Shown here in pieces: positions 18,068-29,157 of a DNA stretch of 64,000 bases (position 1 is its first letter; every line of letters begins with the position of its first letter). The DNA is from Myxococcota bacterium (GTDB lineage: Bacteria > Myxococcota_A > UBA9160 > SZUA-336). The notes under the pieces were generated by a model. That model was not told the origin of the DNA and did no database searches. It saw nothing but the letters and a program-made list of their open reading frames with translations. The stretch is from assembly GCA_965247115.1 (NCBI GenBank), contig CBDFGR010000003.1, positions 32,001 through 96,000 of the forward strand, in the 5' to 3' direction. Made by a program: the position numbers and the translations under genes.

Positions 18068-20332
18068 TCAGCGACTCTCGAGCTTGTTCTCCAGCGTGTG
18101 GGTAAGTAGCTCGAAGACGTTCTCGGGAGTGACCGGGAGCTCCTTCACGCTCACTCCGACCGCATCGAGGATGGCGTTCACGATGGCCGGGGCAACTCCG
18201 CTGATCGACTGCTCGCCGATCGGCTTTCCGCCGTAGGGAGCGGGTCCTCCGGTCTCGCTTCGGAGCAGCACCGTGCGCAGCTCCGGGATGTCGCGGATCG
18301 TGGGTAGCTTGTACTCGCCCAGCGACGGGTTGGTCACACGACCGTCGTCGTACTCGAGCGCCTCCAGCAGCGCAGCGCCAATGCCCTGCACGATGCCGCC
18401 CTCGATCTGCCCCTGGTGGGCGATGGGATTGAGAATCGCGCCAACATCGTGCGCGGTCGTGAAGCGCACGAGCTTGACCTGTCCCGTGTCGGGATCGACC
18501 TCCACCTCGGCCACCTGACTCGAGAAGTTCGTGATCGACGCATCGACCTCGCCCTCGTGCGTATATCCGGCCTCCACGCTGCCGCCCGCACCCTGGGCCA
18601 GCTCCGCGAGCTCGAGTGCTGGGCCCTCGCCCACGAACGCGCGTCCGTCGGAGAAGCGAACCGCCTCGGGAGCGCCGCCGAGTCTCGCCGCGGCAAGCCT
18701 TGCGAGCTGCGCACGGAGCTCGCGCGCGACGCCGTAGGCCGCGTGTCCTCCCACGTTCGTGACCCGAGCTCCTCCAACGCCGCTGTCGAAGTCCGCGTCA
18801 TCGGTGCTCCAGGTCTCGACGCGCACGGACTCGTGGGGCACCTGGAGCTCCTGCCCTATGATTTGACGCAATACCGTGTAGAACCCAGTACCCGTGTCCC
18901 GCAGAGCCGTGTAGAAGGTGAGCGACCCGTCGCCAGCCAGCACCAGCTTCGCGGGGGACACGCCGGTGGGGACGGCCCGCTCGCAGATCGCCATTCCCCG
19001 ACCGACTTTCCTTCCGCGCTGGACCGGCTTGGGGTCGCGATAGCCGGACTCCTTGGCGGCCGCCTCCAGGGTGCGAGTGGCCATGATGTTCTGCCAGCTC
19101 TGGCCGAGAGGAGCCAGGTCCCCGTCCCGCACCAGGTTCTTGAGCCGGAACTCGTAGGGGTCCATTCCGAGCTCGCGCGCGATCAGGTCGATCTGCGCCT
19201 CGGAAGCAAAGACGGACTGGGGGTCGCCGGGAGAGCGCATGCTGCCGCAGGGAACGTGATTCGTGTACACCATGTACGCGTCGATCCTGCCGTGCTCCAT
19301 CCGGTATGGACCGAGGCTGCGGCGCCCGTACATGATGCCGGGCGCAGGCTTGAAGGCGGCATAGCCACCGCTGTCGAAAACGAGGTGAGCGTGACGAGCG
19401 GTGAGCGTGCCGTCGCGGCGCACACCCGTCCTGAAGGTTATGACCGCGGGGTGGCGAGGGTTCGCAGCCATGAGCTCCTCGCTGTAGCTCATGGTCATCC
19501 GGATGGGCCGACCCGTCGCCCTCGCCAGCCAGTAGCAGACGTGGGTGTCCATGAAGCCGCCCTTGCCGCCGAAGTCCCCCCCGATGAGGATCGGATTGAC
19601 GCGGACGCGGTCCTGCTCGACCCCGATGCCGCCCGCAAGCTGCTGGCGGAGCTGAAAGGGCATCTTGCTGTTGGCCCAGACCTCCACGCGGTCCTCGTCG
19701 GTGATCCGCACGACCGTGGCGTGAGGCTCGATGTAGCCCTGGTGCTGGTGAGCCGTCCGAAAGCGGTGCTCGAAAACGAGCTCCGACTCCGCGAGCGCGC
19801 GCTCGACGTTCCCGTTCTCCCAGACCGCGTGCGCGGTCACATTCGGGTGCTCCTGCGGTCCATCCACCCGACCCTTGTAGTCCATGAAGCCCGGGTGAAG
19901 AGCAGGAGCATCGGCTTCCATCGCGTCGAGAGGATCGAGCAGCGGCTCCAGCTCCTCGTACTCCACGTCGATGAGCGCGAGGGCCTCCTCGGCGACCTCC
20001 GGGGTGTCGGCGGCGACTGCCGCCACCTTCTGCCCGGCAAAGCGCACGACGTCGCGAGCGAGCACGGGAATGTCCCGCAGGAAGCGCCCGACCAGCACAT
20101 CGGGCAGGTCCCGGCTCGTGAGCACAGCGCGAACGCCGGGAAGGGCGCGGGCCTCTGACGCATCGATCGAGACGATTCGCGCGTACGGAACCGGGCTCCT
20201 GAGGCACTTGCCCACGAGCATGCCGGGCAGGCGGAGGTCAGCCGGATACAGCCCTCGCCCCGTCACCTTCTCCGGGCCATCCGCCCGTCCGACCTCGACT
20301 CCGATGGTTCCAGTGGCCGTCGACATCGTCAT
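18068..20332 (-). CDS. Xanthine dehydrogenase-family molybdopterin-binding large subunit
   Basis: KVTG...Y.AD, HQGYIEPH, IGGDFGGKG, GSMRSPG, GQIEGG..QGIG, GGKPIGE. Confidence 0.93.
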   Translation of the reverse strand: MTMSTATGTIGVEVGRADGPEKVTGRGLYPADLRLPGMLVGKCLRSPVPYARIVSIDASEARALPGVRAVLTSRDLPDVLVGRFLRDIPVLARDVVRFAGQKVAAVAADTPEVAEEALALIDVEYEELEPLLDPLDAMEADAPALHPGFMDYKGRVDGPQEHPNVTAHAVWENGNVERALAESELVFEHRFRTAHQHQGYIEPHATVVRITDEDRVEVWANSKMPFQLRQQLAGGIGVEQDRVRVNPILIGGDFGGKGGFMDTHVCYWLARATGRPIRMTMSYSEELMAANPRHPAVITFRTGVRRDGTLTARHAHLVFDSGGYAAFKPAPGIMYGRRSLGPYRMEHGRIDAYMVYTNHVPCGSMRSPGDPQSVFASEAQIDLIARELGMDPYEFRLKNLVRDGDLAPLGQSWQNIMATRTLEAAAKESGYRDPKPVQRGRKVGRGMAICERAVPTGVSPAKLVLAGDGSLTFYTALRDTGTGFYTVLRQIIGQELQVPHESVRVETWSTDDADFDSGVGGARVTNVGGHAAYGVARELRAQLARLAAARLGGAPEAVRFSDGRAFVGEGPALELAELAQGAGGSVEAGYTHEGEVDASITNFSSQVAEVEVDPDTGQVKLVRFTTAHDVGAILNPIAHQGQIEGGIVQGIGAALLEALEYDDGRVTNPSLGEYKLPTIRDIPELRTVLLRSETGGPAPYGGKPIGEQSISGVAPAIVNAILDAVGVSVKELPVTPENVFELLTHTLENKLESR

Positions 20333-20796
20333 CCCGTAGAGGAGGGCGCCGCACCGAGCTCATGGCTGACCTGCTCCGCGAAGCCACGCAGCATGGCCTG
20401 GGTCTTGCGCCGGATCAGTGGCTGCCCGAACTCGCTGATCTTCCCCTGTAGCTGGGCGTCGAGCCCGACTTCGAGCTGCGTTCTGCCCGCGTTCTCCTCG
20501 GAGAGCTGCAGCTGCAGGTACGCGCGAAGCCGACCTCCGCGCTTGCGATCCCTCGCGTCCGCACGGAGCAGAATGCGCGAGCGCGCGGGGTCGCGGAGCT
20601 CGACCTGCAGGGTTCCCTCGAAACGCAGGGCGACCGGACCCAGCTTGACGCGAAGGGCGCCGCGGAACTGATCGTCGTCGAGCGCGTCGAAGGTCTCCAC
20701 CCCCTCCATGCAACGCGCTACGCTGGGTGCGTCGAGAAAGAAGTCCCAGACCGCGGGCCGGCTCGCGTGAATTGTGCAGCTCTCGGTAAACTTCAC
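20329..20796 (-). CDS. CoxG/SRPBCC-family protein
   Basis: VWDFFLD...ARCMEG, VKLGPV..F.G, GKISEFGQPLI; GTG start overlaps the upstream TGA. Confidence 0.85.
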   Translation of the reverse strand: MKFTESCTIHASRPAVWDFFLDAPSVARCMEGVETFDALDDDQFRGALRVKLGPVALRFEGTLQVELRDPARSRILLRADARDRKRGGRLRAYLQLQLSEENAGRTQLEVGLDAQLQGKISEFGQPLIRRKTQAMLRGFAEQVSHELGAAPSSTG

Positions 20797-21661
20797 GCGG
20801 CCTCCAGCGCTCTCTGCCACGCGTCCTCGAGCGCGCGTCGCACGAACACTCCGGCCATAGAACGCTTGTACGCAGCCGATCCGCGCGTATCGGTCAGCGG
20901 ATCCGTGACCTCCATGGCCGCGCTGGCAGCAGCAGCCGAGAGCTCCGGGCTGAGTCGCTGCCCGCGAACCAGGTCTTCGCTCGCCCGAGCCCGCAGTGGC
21001 GTCGGTCCCACGCACCCCATTGCGATGCGACAGTCCGCACAGGTCTCGGTGGCGCGGTCCAGCCGGACCGAGGCCGCCACCGCCACGGTGGCGTAGTCGT
21101 CCTCGCTGCGGGGCAGGAACTTGTGATACACGACGCCGGTGTCTGCATTGGGCAGCGGGATGCGGACCCCGGTGACGAGCTCGTCGGGCTCGACCACCGT
21201 CTCGTAGTAGTCGCGGAAGAAGCTCCCCAGGGGCACGTCGCGGCTCCCCGAGCTGGAGCGCAGCTCGGCTCTGGCGTCCAGCGCCAGCAGCGTCACCAGC
21301 GGATCCTGATTCGGGTCGGCGTGCGCCAGCGATCCACCGACCGTGGCCAGATTGCGAATCCGGATCGTGGCGACACGATGATAGGTCTCGGAAAGAGCGG
21401 GGATGTGAGCTCGGACTTGCGGCGCGAGCTCTACGGCCCGATGGGTCAGCAGCCCTCCGAGACGAAGCTCGCTCGTGTCGACGTGGACTCGATCCAGGTC
21501 CGGCACACGCGACACGTCGACTACGAGCTCCGGGACGAGCAAGCGCTGCTTGAGCATCAGGACGAGCGCAGTCCCACCCGCCATCAGCCTGGCCTCGTCG
21601 CCGTGCTGCCTGAGCAGGTCGAGGGCCTCCTCCAGCTTGCCGGCTGAGCGGTACTCGAAGC

Positions 21662-21665
<4 letters not shown>
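20793..21665 (-). CDS. FAD-binding medium subunit of Mo-hydroxylase (CoxM-like)
   Basis: LMAGGTAL, IRNLATVGGSLAHADP, D.RGSAAYKR. Confidence 0.92.
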
Positions 21666-22171
<506 letters not shown>

Positions 22172-22304
22172 CGGCTGGAGGCGATGATCCGTGAGCGGAG
22201 CGGTCGAGGTCAAGCGGCTTGCCGCCTGCGCAGGGTCCGGCGTTGCGGCCAGGTCGAAGTCGGAGGCAGCCCGACGTAGACTGACAAGTCAGAGAGGAGG
22301 AGGC

Positions 22305-22769
22305 GTGTCAAAGCAACGAGACAAGATCCGGATGTCCGATGAAGAGATCCGCGAGTTCATCGAGGAGCAGAAGAGCCTGCAGGTCGCCACGCTGAATCGC
22401 GACGGCTCCCCCCACCTGACCACCCTCTGGTTCGCGATCGTAGACGATGACATCGTCTTCGAGACCTTCACGAAGTCACAGAAGATCAAGAATCTCGAGC
22501 GCGATTCCCGCATCACCGTGCTGCTCGAGGACGGAACGGACTACGCCGAGCTGCGCGGCGTCTCGATCAGCGGGCGTGCAGAGCTGCACAAGGATCCCGC
22601 GGTCGTCCATGGCTATGCAACCCAGTTGATGGCGCGCAACAACCCCGAGGTTTCAAAGGAGAACCTGGCCCAGGCTGCGAAAAGAATGGCCGCGAAGCGC
22701 ACCGTCGTCGTGGTCAAGCAGCAGAAGCTCGTTTCCTGGGACCATCACAAGCTGGGCGGCCCCAACTGA
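22305..22769 (+). CDS. PNPOx-family (PPOX-class, possibly F420-dependent) oxidoreductase
   Basis: VATLNRDGSPHLTTLWF, KSQKIKNLERD, YAELRGV, SWDHHKL; GGAGG RBS before GTG. Confidence 0.87.
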   Translation: MSKQRDKIRMSDEEIREFIEEQKSLQVATLNRDGSPHLTTLWFAIVDDDIVFETFTKSQKIKNLERDSRITVLLEDGTDYAELRGVSISGRAELHKDPAVVHGYATQLMARNNPEVSKENLAQAAKRMAAKRTVVVVKQQKLVSWDHHKLGGPN

Positions 22770-22802
22770 AGCTCCGCTCTTTCGTGATGTCGAAGTCCGC
22801 GC

Positions 22803-24020
22803 CTACTTGCTCCTCTGCGCGGCCCAATCTCGCGGAAGTCCCAGCCCTCGCTCTCCAATGATATTGCGCTGAATGTTCGAGCTGCCGGCCGCGATTGCTC
22901 TGCCGAGCGAGCCCATGTAGCTCGCGACCCAGCCGCGACTGTCGCTCGGTGGCTCGACATCGAATACCTCAGCCTCGGTGGCCGCCAGCAGGCCGTCGTC
23001 ACCAATCAGCTCCATCGCGAGCTTGGCCAGCTCCTGCCCGATTTCGGTCGCGATCAGCTTTGCCATGAGCTGGATCCGCCCAGGATCCTGCCCCTTGATG
23101 TTCTTCGTGCCGCGGTAGTGGAGCGAGTACTCATACGCCTTGATGTAGCCCTCGATCTCCGCAAGCTTCTGCCGAACCTCGGGGTCCTCGATAGCCGGCC
23201 TGCCGTTGCGCCTGGTGCTCTGTGCTAGCTTCACCAGCGCAGGCAGCTGAGCCGTCACCTGGCCGACGTTGAGCTGACCGCTGCGCTCGTGCTTCAGGGT
23301 CGTGCGCGAGACCAGCCACCCCTCGCCACGCTCGCCCACGATCCAGTCCTTGGGCGTCTTCGCATCGGTGAAGAAGACCTGGCTGAAGCCGGAGCTTCCA
23401 GTCATCTGCAGCAATGGGCGGACCTCGACGCCCGGCTGGTGCATGTCGATCAGCAGGTACGAGATGCCAGCATGCTTCGGCTGATCCGGCTCGGTGCGCA
23501 CCAGGCAGAAGCAGTAGTCCGCTTCCTGGGCTCCGCTGGTCCAGATCTTCTGGCCGTTGATTACCCACTCGTCGCCGACGAGCTCTCCCTTGGTCTGAAG
23601 GGAGGCCAGATCGCTGCCCGAGCCCGGCTCGCTGTAGCCCTGACACCAGCGGATGTGACCGCGGATGGTCGGGCGGATGAACTTCTCCTTCTGCCACTCC
23701 TCGCCTCGCTCGAGGAGCGTCGGGACCAGCAGACCCATACCCGCTCCGATTCCAACGGGATCGCCGGGCGCTCGGACGCTGCGAAACTCCTCGCTGATCA
23801 CGGAGGCCTTTCCGGCATCCGTCGGCTGCTCCGAGCCTCCGTACTTCCTCGGTACCGAGCGCGCCAGGTAGCCAGCGTCGACCGCCTTGTCGCGAAAGCG
23901 ATCGGCCTGCTCCTCGCGCGAGAGCTCCGTGTCCGGGCCTTTTGGAGGCCAGTTCTGGGCGAGGAACGCCTGTACCTCCGCGCGAAACCCCTCGTACTCT
24001 TCCCCGTGGCTCAGGTCCAT
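22803..24020 (-). CDS. Acyl-CoA dehydrogenase family protein
   Basis: WCQGYSEPGSGSDLASL, INGQKIWTS, GW.VSRTTLKHER, IAAGSSNIQRNIIGERGLGLP. Confidence 0.94.
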   Translation of the reverse strand: MDLSHGEEYEGFRAEVQAFLAQNWPPKGPDTELSREEQADRFRDKAVDAGYLARSVPRKYGGSEQPTDAGKASVISEEFRSVRAPGDPVGIGAGMGLLVPTLLERGEEWQKEKFIRPTIRGHIRWCQGYSEPGSGSDLASLQTKGELVGDEWVINGQKIWTSGAQEADYCFCLVRTEPDQPKHAGISYLLIDMHQPGVEVRPLLQMTGSSGFSQVFFTDAKTPKDWIVGERGEGWLVSRTTLKHERSGQLNVGQVTAQLPALVKLAQSTRRNGRPAIEDPEVRQKLAEIEGYIKAYEYSLHYRGTKNIKGQDPGRIQLMAKLIATEIGQELAKLAMELIGDDGLLAATEAEVFDVEPPSDSRGWVASYMGSLGRAIAAGSSNIQRNIIGERGLGLPRDWAAQRSK

Positions 24021-24102
24021 GTCAGGACTCCCCTCGTCAACCGAGCTAGTCGGCTGCGGGCAAGGTTCTCATCATCGTGCCGTCGGGCACAACTCCGAGC
24101 AG

Positions 24103-26973
24103 TCACTCCGTCGAGCCGCCCCAGCGAGCAATGAAGAGATTCGTCTCTCCGGCGGGTCCAGCGCGGTTGCTCGCGAACACGAGCCAGCGGCCATCCGGCG
24201 AGAGCATGGGGAAGCTGTCGAAGCCCTGCGCGTACGTGACCCGTACCGGCCGGTCACCCTCGAGACCCACGGTGAAGAGATCGAACTCGCGTTCGGAGCC
24301 CCCCAGGTTGCTGGCGAAGATCGCTCCCGAGCCGTCGGGCAGAGGGTACGGAGCGAAGTTTGCTCGTCCGTTGTCCGTGAGCTGGCGCACGTTCGATCCG
24401 TCCGCATCCATCCAGAAGATCTCGAGCGCAGAGGGCTGAACCAGGTCAGCGGCGAGCAGCTCGCGGTACTTCGCGAGCTCCTCGCCGTGAGGACGCGAGG
24501 CGCGCCACACGAGCGAGGAGCAGTCCTGCGTGAAGAAGGCGCCACCGTCGTAGCCAGGCGTGTCCGTCAGCTGCCGGAGATCAGAGCCATCGCTGTTCGC
24601 TACGTACAGGTCCAGGTCACCGTTGCGGGTCGAGGTGAACACGACGCGGCCATCGCGCATGCAGACGGTGGCCTCCGCGTCGTAGCCGGGGTGCGGCAGG
24701 AAGCTCGCGGGGCTCGAGGCAGAGTCGGACTGCCAGACCAAGTCGTACTCGAAGAGACCCCAGACGTAGCCGCGCGAGCGGTCCGGCGGTGCCGGACACT
24801 CCGCGCTGACCGACTCGGTGGTCGCGTAGATCACTCGCTCGCCCCGGGGATAGGCGTAGTAGCCGCAGGTGGTGCGACCGCGCCCTGACGAGAGTCGGGT
24901 CTGGGCCCCGCTGGAGAGGTCCAGGAGGAATTGCTGATCGCAACCCCCGTCCGCCGGCGTGCGCTGGAACACGAGCGAACGACCATCGGGTGAGAAGTAG
25001 GCCTCCGCGTTCTCGCCGCCGAACGTGAGCTGGCGCAGGTCCGCCAGCTGCAGCTCGCGGGGCTCCAGCAGGTGGCCCGCGTCTTTGCCCGCGGTGGGAG
25101 CCCAGTCCTCTTGCGAGGGCGCCGCGTGGGCAGGCGCGCTGCTCGGATCCACGCTCTCGCGGCGTCCGAGCGTCGCGGTCACGTCGACGCGCGTGCCGTC
25201 GCGCAGCAGCTCGATCTCGATCACCTCGCCAGGACGATGCTCCCGCAGCACGAAGGTCATGTCGTACAGGTTGTGGATCTCGACACCCGCCATCGAGACG
25301 ATGCGATCGCCGGCGCGCAGCCCCGCTTGATCGCCGGGCCCATCCTTGCGGACGCCGCTCAGCAGGACGCCGCCCGTTCCACCCATCATCTCGCTGAAAT
25401 CCGGAACCGTACCGAGATAGGAGCCGTAGCTGCGGCTATCCCCCACGAGGGGCGCGGCGCTCTCCGCGGGTCGATAGGTGAGCGCCTGGTCGGCTTCCAG
25501 CAGCTCGCGCAACACTCCCTGCAGGAGTCCCGCCACCTGCCCCCCACCCTCGAGGTTCAGTGTTTTCGGATCGTCGTCCGGGGTGTGGTACTCCGTGTGG
25601 CCCCCGGTGAAGAGGTGGACGACCGGGATTCCCTGCTCGTAGAAGGGCAGCTGATCGGAGGGGCCGTAGCCATCTCCTCCGGTCACCACTTCCAGCCCGG
25701 ATTGCTTGCCGCGGCGCTCCAGGAGTGCCGACCACTCTGGTGCCGAATCGCTGCCCAGCCCCCAGAGCTTGTCATCGCGAAGGCGCCCCACCATGTCGAG
25801 ATTCACCATCGCGGTGGTGGCCTCGAGCGGAAAGGCCGGGTGGCGCACGTACTCGAGCGAGCCTGCCAACCCGATCTCCTCGGCGGTGAAGGCGATCACC
25901 ACCAGGCTGCGGCGGTGCGGACCCGGGTCGTTCTCCAGCTCGCGGATCAGCGCGCCGACGCCGCACACCATTGCCGCGACGCCGGACGCATTGTCGTCCG
26001 CCCCATTGTGTACGGCGGCGCCGCGTTGGAGCGAGCCGGTGCCGCCCATCCCCAGGTGATCGTAATGAGCGCCTACAACGACCGCCTCCCGCGCCAGCGA
26101 TCCGCGTCCGGGCAGCAGACCCACGACGTTCTTGACACTGACTCGTGTAGTCTGCAGATCGATGCGCCCGCTGACCTCGAGCCCCTCGATCTCGAAAGAG
26201 TGGGGGCGAGTGTCCGCGTCGATCGCCGCGTGCAGATCTTCAGGGTCACGGCCGGCGGCGAGCAGCCACTCCCTCGCCACGGCCTGTGAGACCTGGAGGA
26301 CAGGCAGACCCGCGGGGGACACGGGACCACGGGCACGCAGCGGCGGGAGTCTGTCCTCTTCCTCTCCGGGGGGAGAGACCAGTACGAGCGCCGCAGCTCC
26401 GGCCTCGCGGGCGATCAACGCCTTGTAACGCAGGCCCGACCAGCGGCTGGCCCGCGTGCCCTCGAAGGGGCTGTCCGGGTCGCGTTCCCCTGGCTCGTAG
26501 CGCCAGGCCAAGGCTACCTTGCCCGTGACATCGAGGCCTGCGTAGTCGTCATACCCCAGCGGCTCCGCGCGGATCCCGTAGCCGACGAAGACCAGGGGTC
26601 CGGCGAACTCCCCCGCCGACGAGAAGCCGAGCGGAGTGAAGTCCACGCCCCGCTCGCCCCGGGTGCTCTCCCATTCGAGCGAGCTGGCGGGTCCCTGGGC
26701 AACACCCGTAACGGTCTCGAAGGGCTGCGCGTAGCCGGTTCCTGTCGCCTGCAGGCCAACGGCGGCGAAACGCTCCTCCAGGAAGCGAGCAGACCGCTCG
26801 AGGCCCTGGGTTCCAACACCACGGCCCTGCATGTCATCGTCCGCGAGCACCTCGACAATACCCTGGAAGCAAGCCGTTGCCGGAGCCACACCTCGGGCGC
26901 GGGCCGTTGGCTCGGCCACGCACCCCAGCAGCACCAGACTTGCGCCGATCACCCCACGGGTAGACTCGAGCAT
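24103..26973 (-). CDS. Exported M28 aminopeptidase with PA and PDZ domains and a C-terminal TolB-like PD40 propeller
   Basis: Lipobox-like VLLG-C; GAHYDHLG, GADDNASG, FTAEEIG, NLDMVGR, SD, YHT; PDZ YLGTVPD...AGLRAGD; PD40 repeats ENAEAYFSPDG, GYDAEA, GYDGGAFF, FPMLSPDG. Confidence 0.9.
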   Translation of the reverse strand: MLESTRGVIGASLVLLGCVAEPTARARGVAPATACFQGIVEVLADDDMQGRGVGTQGLERSARFLEERFAAVGLQATGTGYAQPFETVTGVAQGPASSLEWESTRGERGVDFTPLGFSSAGEFAGPLVFVGYGIRAEPLGYDDYAGLDVTGKVALAWRYEPGERDPDSPFEGTRASRWSGLRYKALIAREAGAAALVLVSPPGEEEDRLPPLRARGPVSPAGLPVLQVSQAVAREWLLAAGRDPEDLHAAIDADTRPHSFEIEGLEVSGRIDLQTTRVSVKNVVGLLPGRGSLAREAVVVGAHYDHLGMGGTGSLQRGAAVHNGADDNASGVAAMVCGVGALIRELENDPGPHRRSLVVIAFTAEEIGLAGSLEYVRHPAFPLEATTAMVNLDMVGRLRDDKLWGLGSDSAPEWSALLERRGKQSGLEVVTGGDGYGPSDQLPFYEQGIPVVHLFTGGHTEYHTPDDDPKTLNLEGGGQVAGLLQGVLRELLEADQALTYRPAESAAPLVGDSRSYGSYLGTVPDFSEMMGGTGGVLLSGVRKDGPGDQAGLRAGDRIVSMAGVEIHNLYDMTFVLREHRPGEVIEIELLRDGTRVDVTATLGRRESVDPSSAPAHAAPSQEDWAPTAGKDAGHLLEPRELQLADLRQLTFGGENAEAYFSPDGRSLVFQRTPADGGCDQQFLLDLSSGAQTRLSSGRGRTTCGYYAYPRGERVIYATTESVSAECPAPPDRSRGYVWGLFEYDLVWQSDSASSPASFLPHPGYDAEATVCMRDGRVVFTSTRNGDLDLYVANSDGSDLRQLTDTPGYDGGAFFTQDCSSLVWRASRPHGEELAKYRELLAADLVQPSALEIFWMDADGSNVRQLTDNGRANFAPYPLPDGSGAIFASNLGGSEREFDLFTVGLEGDRPVRVTYAQGFDSFPMLSPDGRWLVFASNRAGPAGETNLFIARWGGSTE

Positions 26974-27031
26974 AGCGGGCATATAGGTCGTGGGAGCCGC
27001 ACGGTCAACGCCTCTGGTATCCTTCGCGTTC

Positions 27032-27598
27032 GTGACCCTCGATCGAGCGAGCGCATGGGAGCAGCTCTGCTCCTGGACGGAGACCGAGTCCCTCCGCAAG
27101 CACGCGCGCGCCGTCGAGCTGGTCATGCGCGCCGCGGCCGAACGCTACGGGGCGGGCGAGTCGGACGTGGAGCGCTGGGGCATCGCCGGCATGCTGCACG
27201 ACGCCGACTACGAGCGCTGGCCCGAGGAGCATCCCAAGCGCATCGTCGCCTGGCTAGAAGAGTCAGGGGAGCCCGAGATCGCCCACGCCGTCTCCGCGCA
27301 CTACACCAAGTGGAACGTCGCTCACGAGACTGCCCTGGACAGAGCGCTGCTCGCCTGCGACGAGCTCACGGGCTTCATCGTGGCATGCTGTCTGGTCCGA
27401 CCGGACGGGATTCGCAGCCTTCGGCCGAAGAGCGTGCGCAAGAAGCTCAAGGACAAGGCCTTCGCCGCAAAAGTCGAGCGTCACGAGGTCGCATCGGGCG
27501 CGGAGCTGCTAGGAGTCGACCTCGCCGAGCACATCCAGTTCGTGATCGATGCGCTGACGCCTCACCACGACGAGCTCATGCTCGGAGGGCGTGGCTGA
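27032..27598 (+). CDS. HD/HDIG-domain protein
   Basis: SLRKHARAVE, GMLHDADYE, ACDELTGF, KKLKDKAFA. Confidence 0.9.
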   Translation: MTLDRASAWEQLCSWTETESLRKHARAVELVMRAAAERYGAGESDVERWGIAGMLHDADYERWPEEHPKRIVAWLEESGEPEIAHAVSAHYTKWNVAHETALDRALLACDELTGFIVACCLVRPDGIRSLRPKSVRKKLKDKAFAAKVERHEVASGAELLGVDLAEHIQFVIDALTPHHDELMLGGRG

Positions 27599-27600
27599 GC

Positions 27601-28266
27601 TTGGACCTCCGCTACACGGCACACGTTCCCAGCGGGGCGGGCCCCTTTCCGACGGTGCTCGCGCTCCATGGCTGGGGGGCGAACGCACACGACCTGCTCG
27701 GACTTGCACAGGTGCTACATCGAGGGGATGCGCTCATGCTGTGCCCCGAGGGTCCCGTCTCTACACAGATCGGCGGCGGGATGGTCGGCCACGGCTGGTA
27801 CGAGATCGCCGGAGGCAGCGCGCGAGATCGGTCCGAGTTGGAGGCCGCGGCGGACGCGGTGCGAGCCTTTCTGGCCCTCTCCCTCGAACGGTACCCGGTG
27901 GACCACAGCAAGCTCATCATCCTGGGCTTCAGCCAGGGAGGCGTGATGGCCTACGACCTCTTCCTGCGCGAGCCCGGGCGCTTCGCCGGCCTGATCGTCC
28001 TCTCGTCCTGGCTCCCCGAGGAGATTGCAGACGCTGACCTCGACAGCGGCGAGCTGGCGACCCGCCCAGTGCTCGTGATGCACGGCACGCGCGACCCCAT
28101 GATCGACGTGGAGCGGGCCCGCGAGTCGCGCACCCGACTCATCCAGCTCGGCGCCTCGCTGACCTATCGCGAGTACGAGATGGGCCACGAGATCGCACCC
28201 GAAGCCCTGCGTGACCTCGTCACATGGCTAGACGAAAAGGCAATCAGCCCGATCCAGCTCGCGTGA
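27601..28266 (+). CDS. Phospholipase/carboxylesterase (alpha/beta hydrolase)
   Basis: LHGWG, GFSQG nucleophile elbow, HGTRDPMI, MGHEI. Start approximate. Confidence 0.9.
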   Translation: MDLRYTAHVPSGAGPFPTVLALHGWGANAHDLLGLAQVLHRGDALMLCPEGPVSTQIGGGMVGHGWYEIAGGSARDRSELEAAADAVRAFLALSLERYPVDHSKLIILGFSQGGVMAYDLFLREPGRFAGLIVLSSWLPEEIADADLDSGELATRPVLVMHGTRDPMIDVERARESRTRLIQLGASLTYREYEMGHEIAPEALRDLVTWLDEKAISPIQLA

Positions 28267-28375
28267 CTCCAGTCGGTGCAAGAGCAGAGCACGAGCGCCA
28301 GCGCAGGCGAGAACATCTGCGGCCTTCGCCCGAGGGCGTAGAAGGTGTCGACACGGCCTGAGAGTGTAGGTCCGC

Positions 28376-29068
28376 CTAGGGCGAGGCCCGCGCTCCTCCA
28401 GGTACATCCAACGGATCGAGCAACCCGCCGCGTCGCCAACCCTCTCTGAGCAGCCACGTGCGTGCGGTCGCAACGGACCGAGGCCCCAGACGACGCTCGA
28501 CTCGCGCAGCACCTCTCTTCCAGCCGGAAAACCAGCGCCCCGAGGAGGCGCGATCCAGCGTCTCGCGCGTAGCGCCGCGATGGCAGGCCGCGTTGAGCAG
28601 CACGTACCGGATCGCATTCCGGACCTCGCGCGGCGTCTTCAGCACCCGCATGTGGTAGCGATCCGCCAGCAGCCCACCACGCCACTCGAACGCTCGCCGC
28701 ATCGCCCAGACCATCCTCCTGCTGAGAGACTTCATCCCTCGACCGAGCGCACCCCGATCCTTCGCCTCAACGATGAGATGCGCGTGATCCCGCAAGAGCG
28801 CGTAGTGCACCAGGCGAAACTCCCCCCGGTCACACCCCCGCGCCAGCGTCTCCTCAAACGCCCGCACAAACGCCGGAGCCCGCAATGACGGAGCACCATC
28901 GCGCACTCGCAGGGTCACGTGACACGGATGCCGCGACGCGAGACTCCGCCGACTTCGGTGGCGAACCAGCGGATTCGCCCCAGGCTTGCGTCCCGCCCCC
29001 TCGCGCCGCCCGCCATGACGCGCCAGAGGCCGTAGATGAAGCGAGAACTGTCGGTCTGACTTCTTCAA
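28376..29068 (-). mobile_element. Y1/HUH transposase (IS200-like, REP-associated RAYT type)
   Basis: PCHVTLRV, RLVHYALLRDHAHLIVEA (HUH), DRYH.RVL.TPREVRNAIRYVLLN (catalytic Tyr); AT-rich upstream tract at 29060-29112. Confidence 0.85.
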
Positions 29069-29157
29069 TTATATCACTAATTAGTGTAGATTAGGGCTTT
29101 CTATATATTCTGTCAAGGTACAGACCTGGTAGATGGTTGACATGTCAGAACCGGAAC

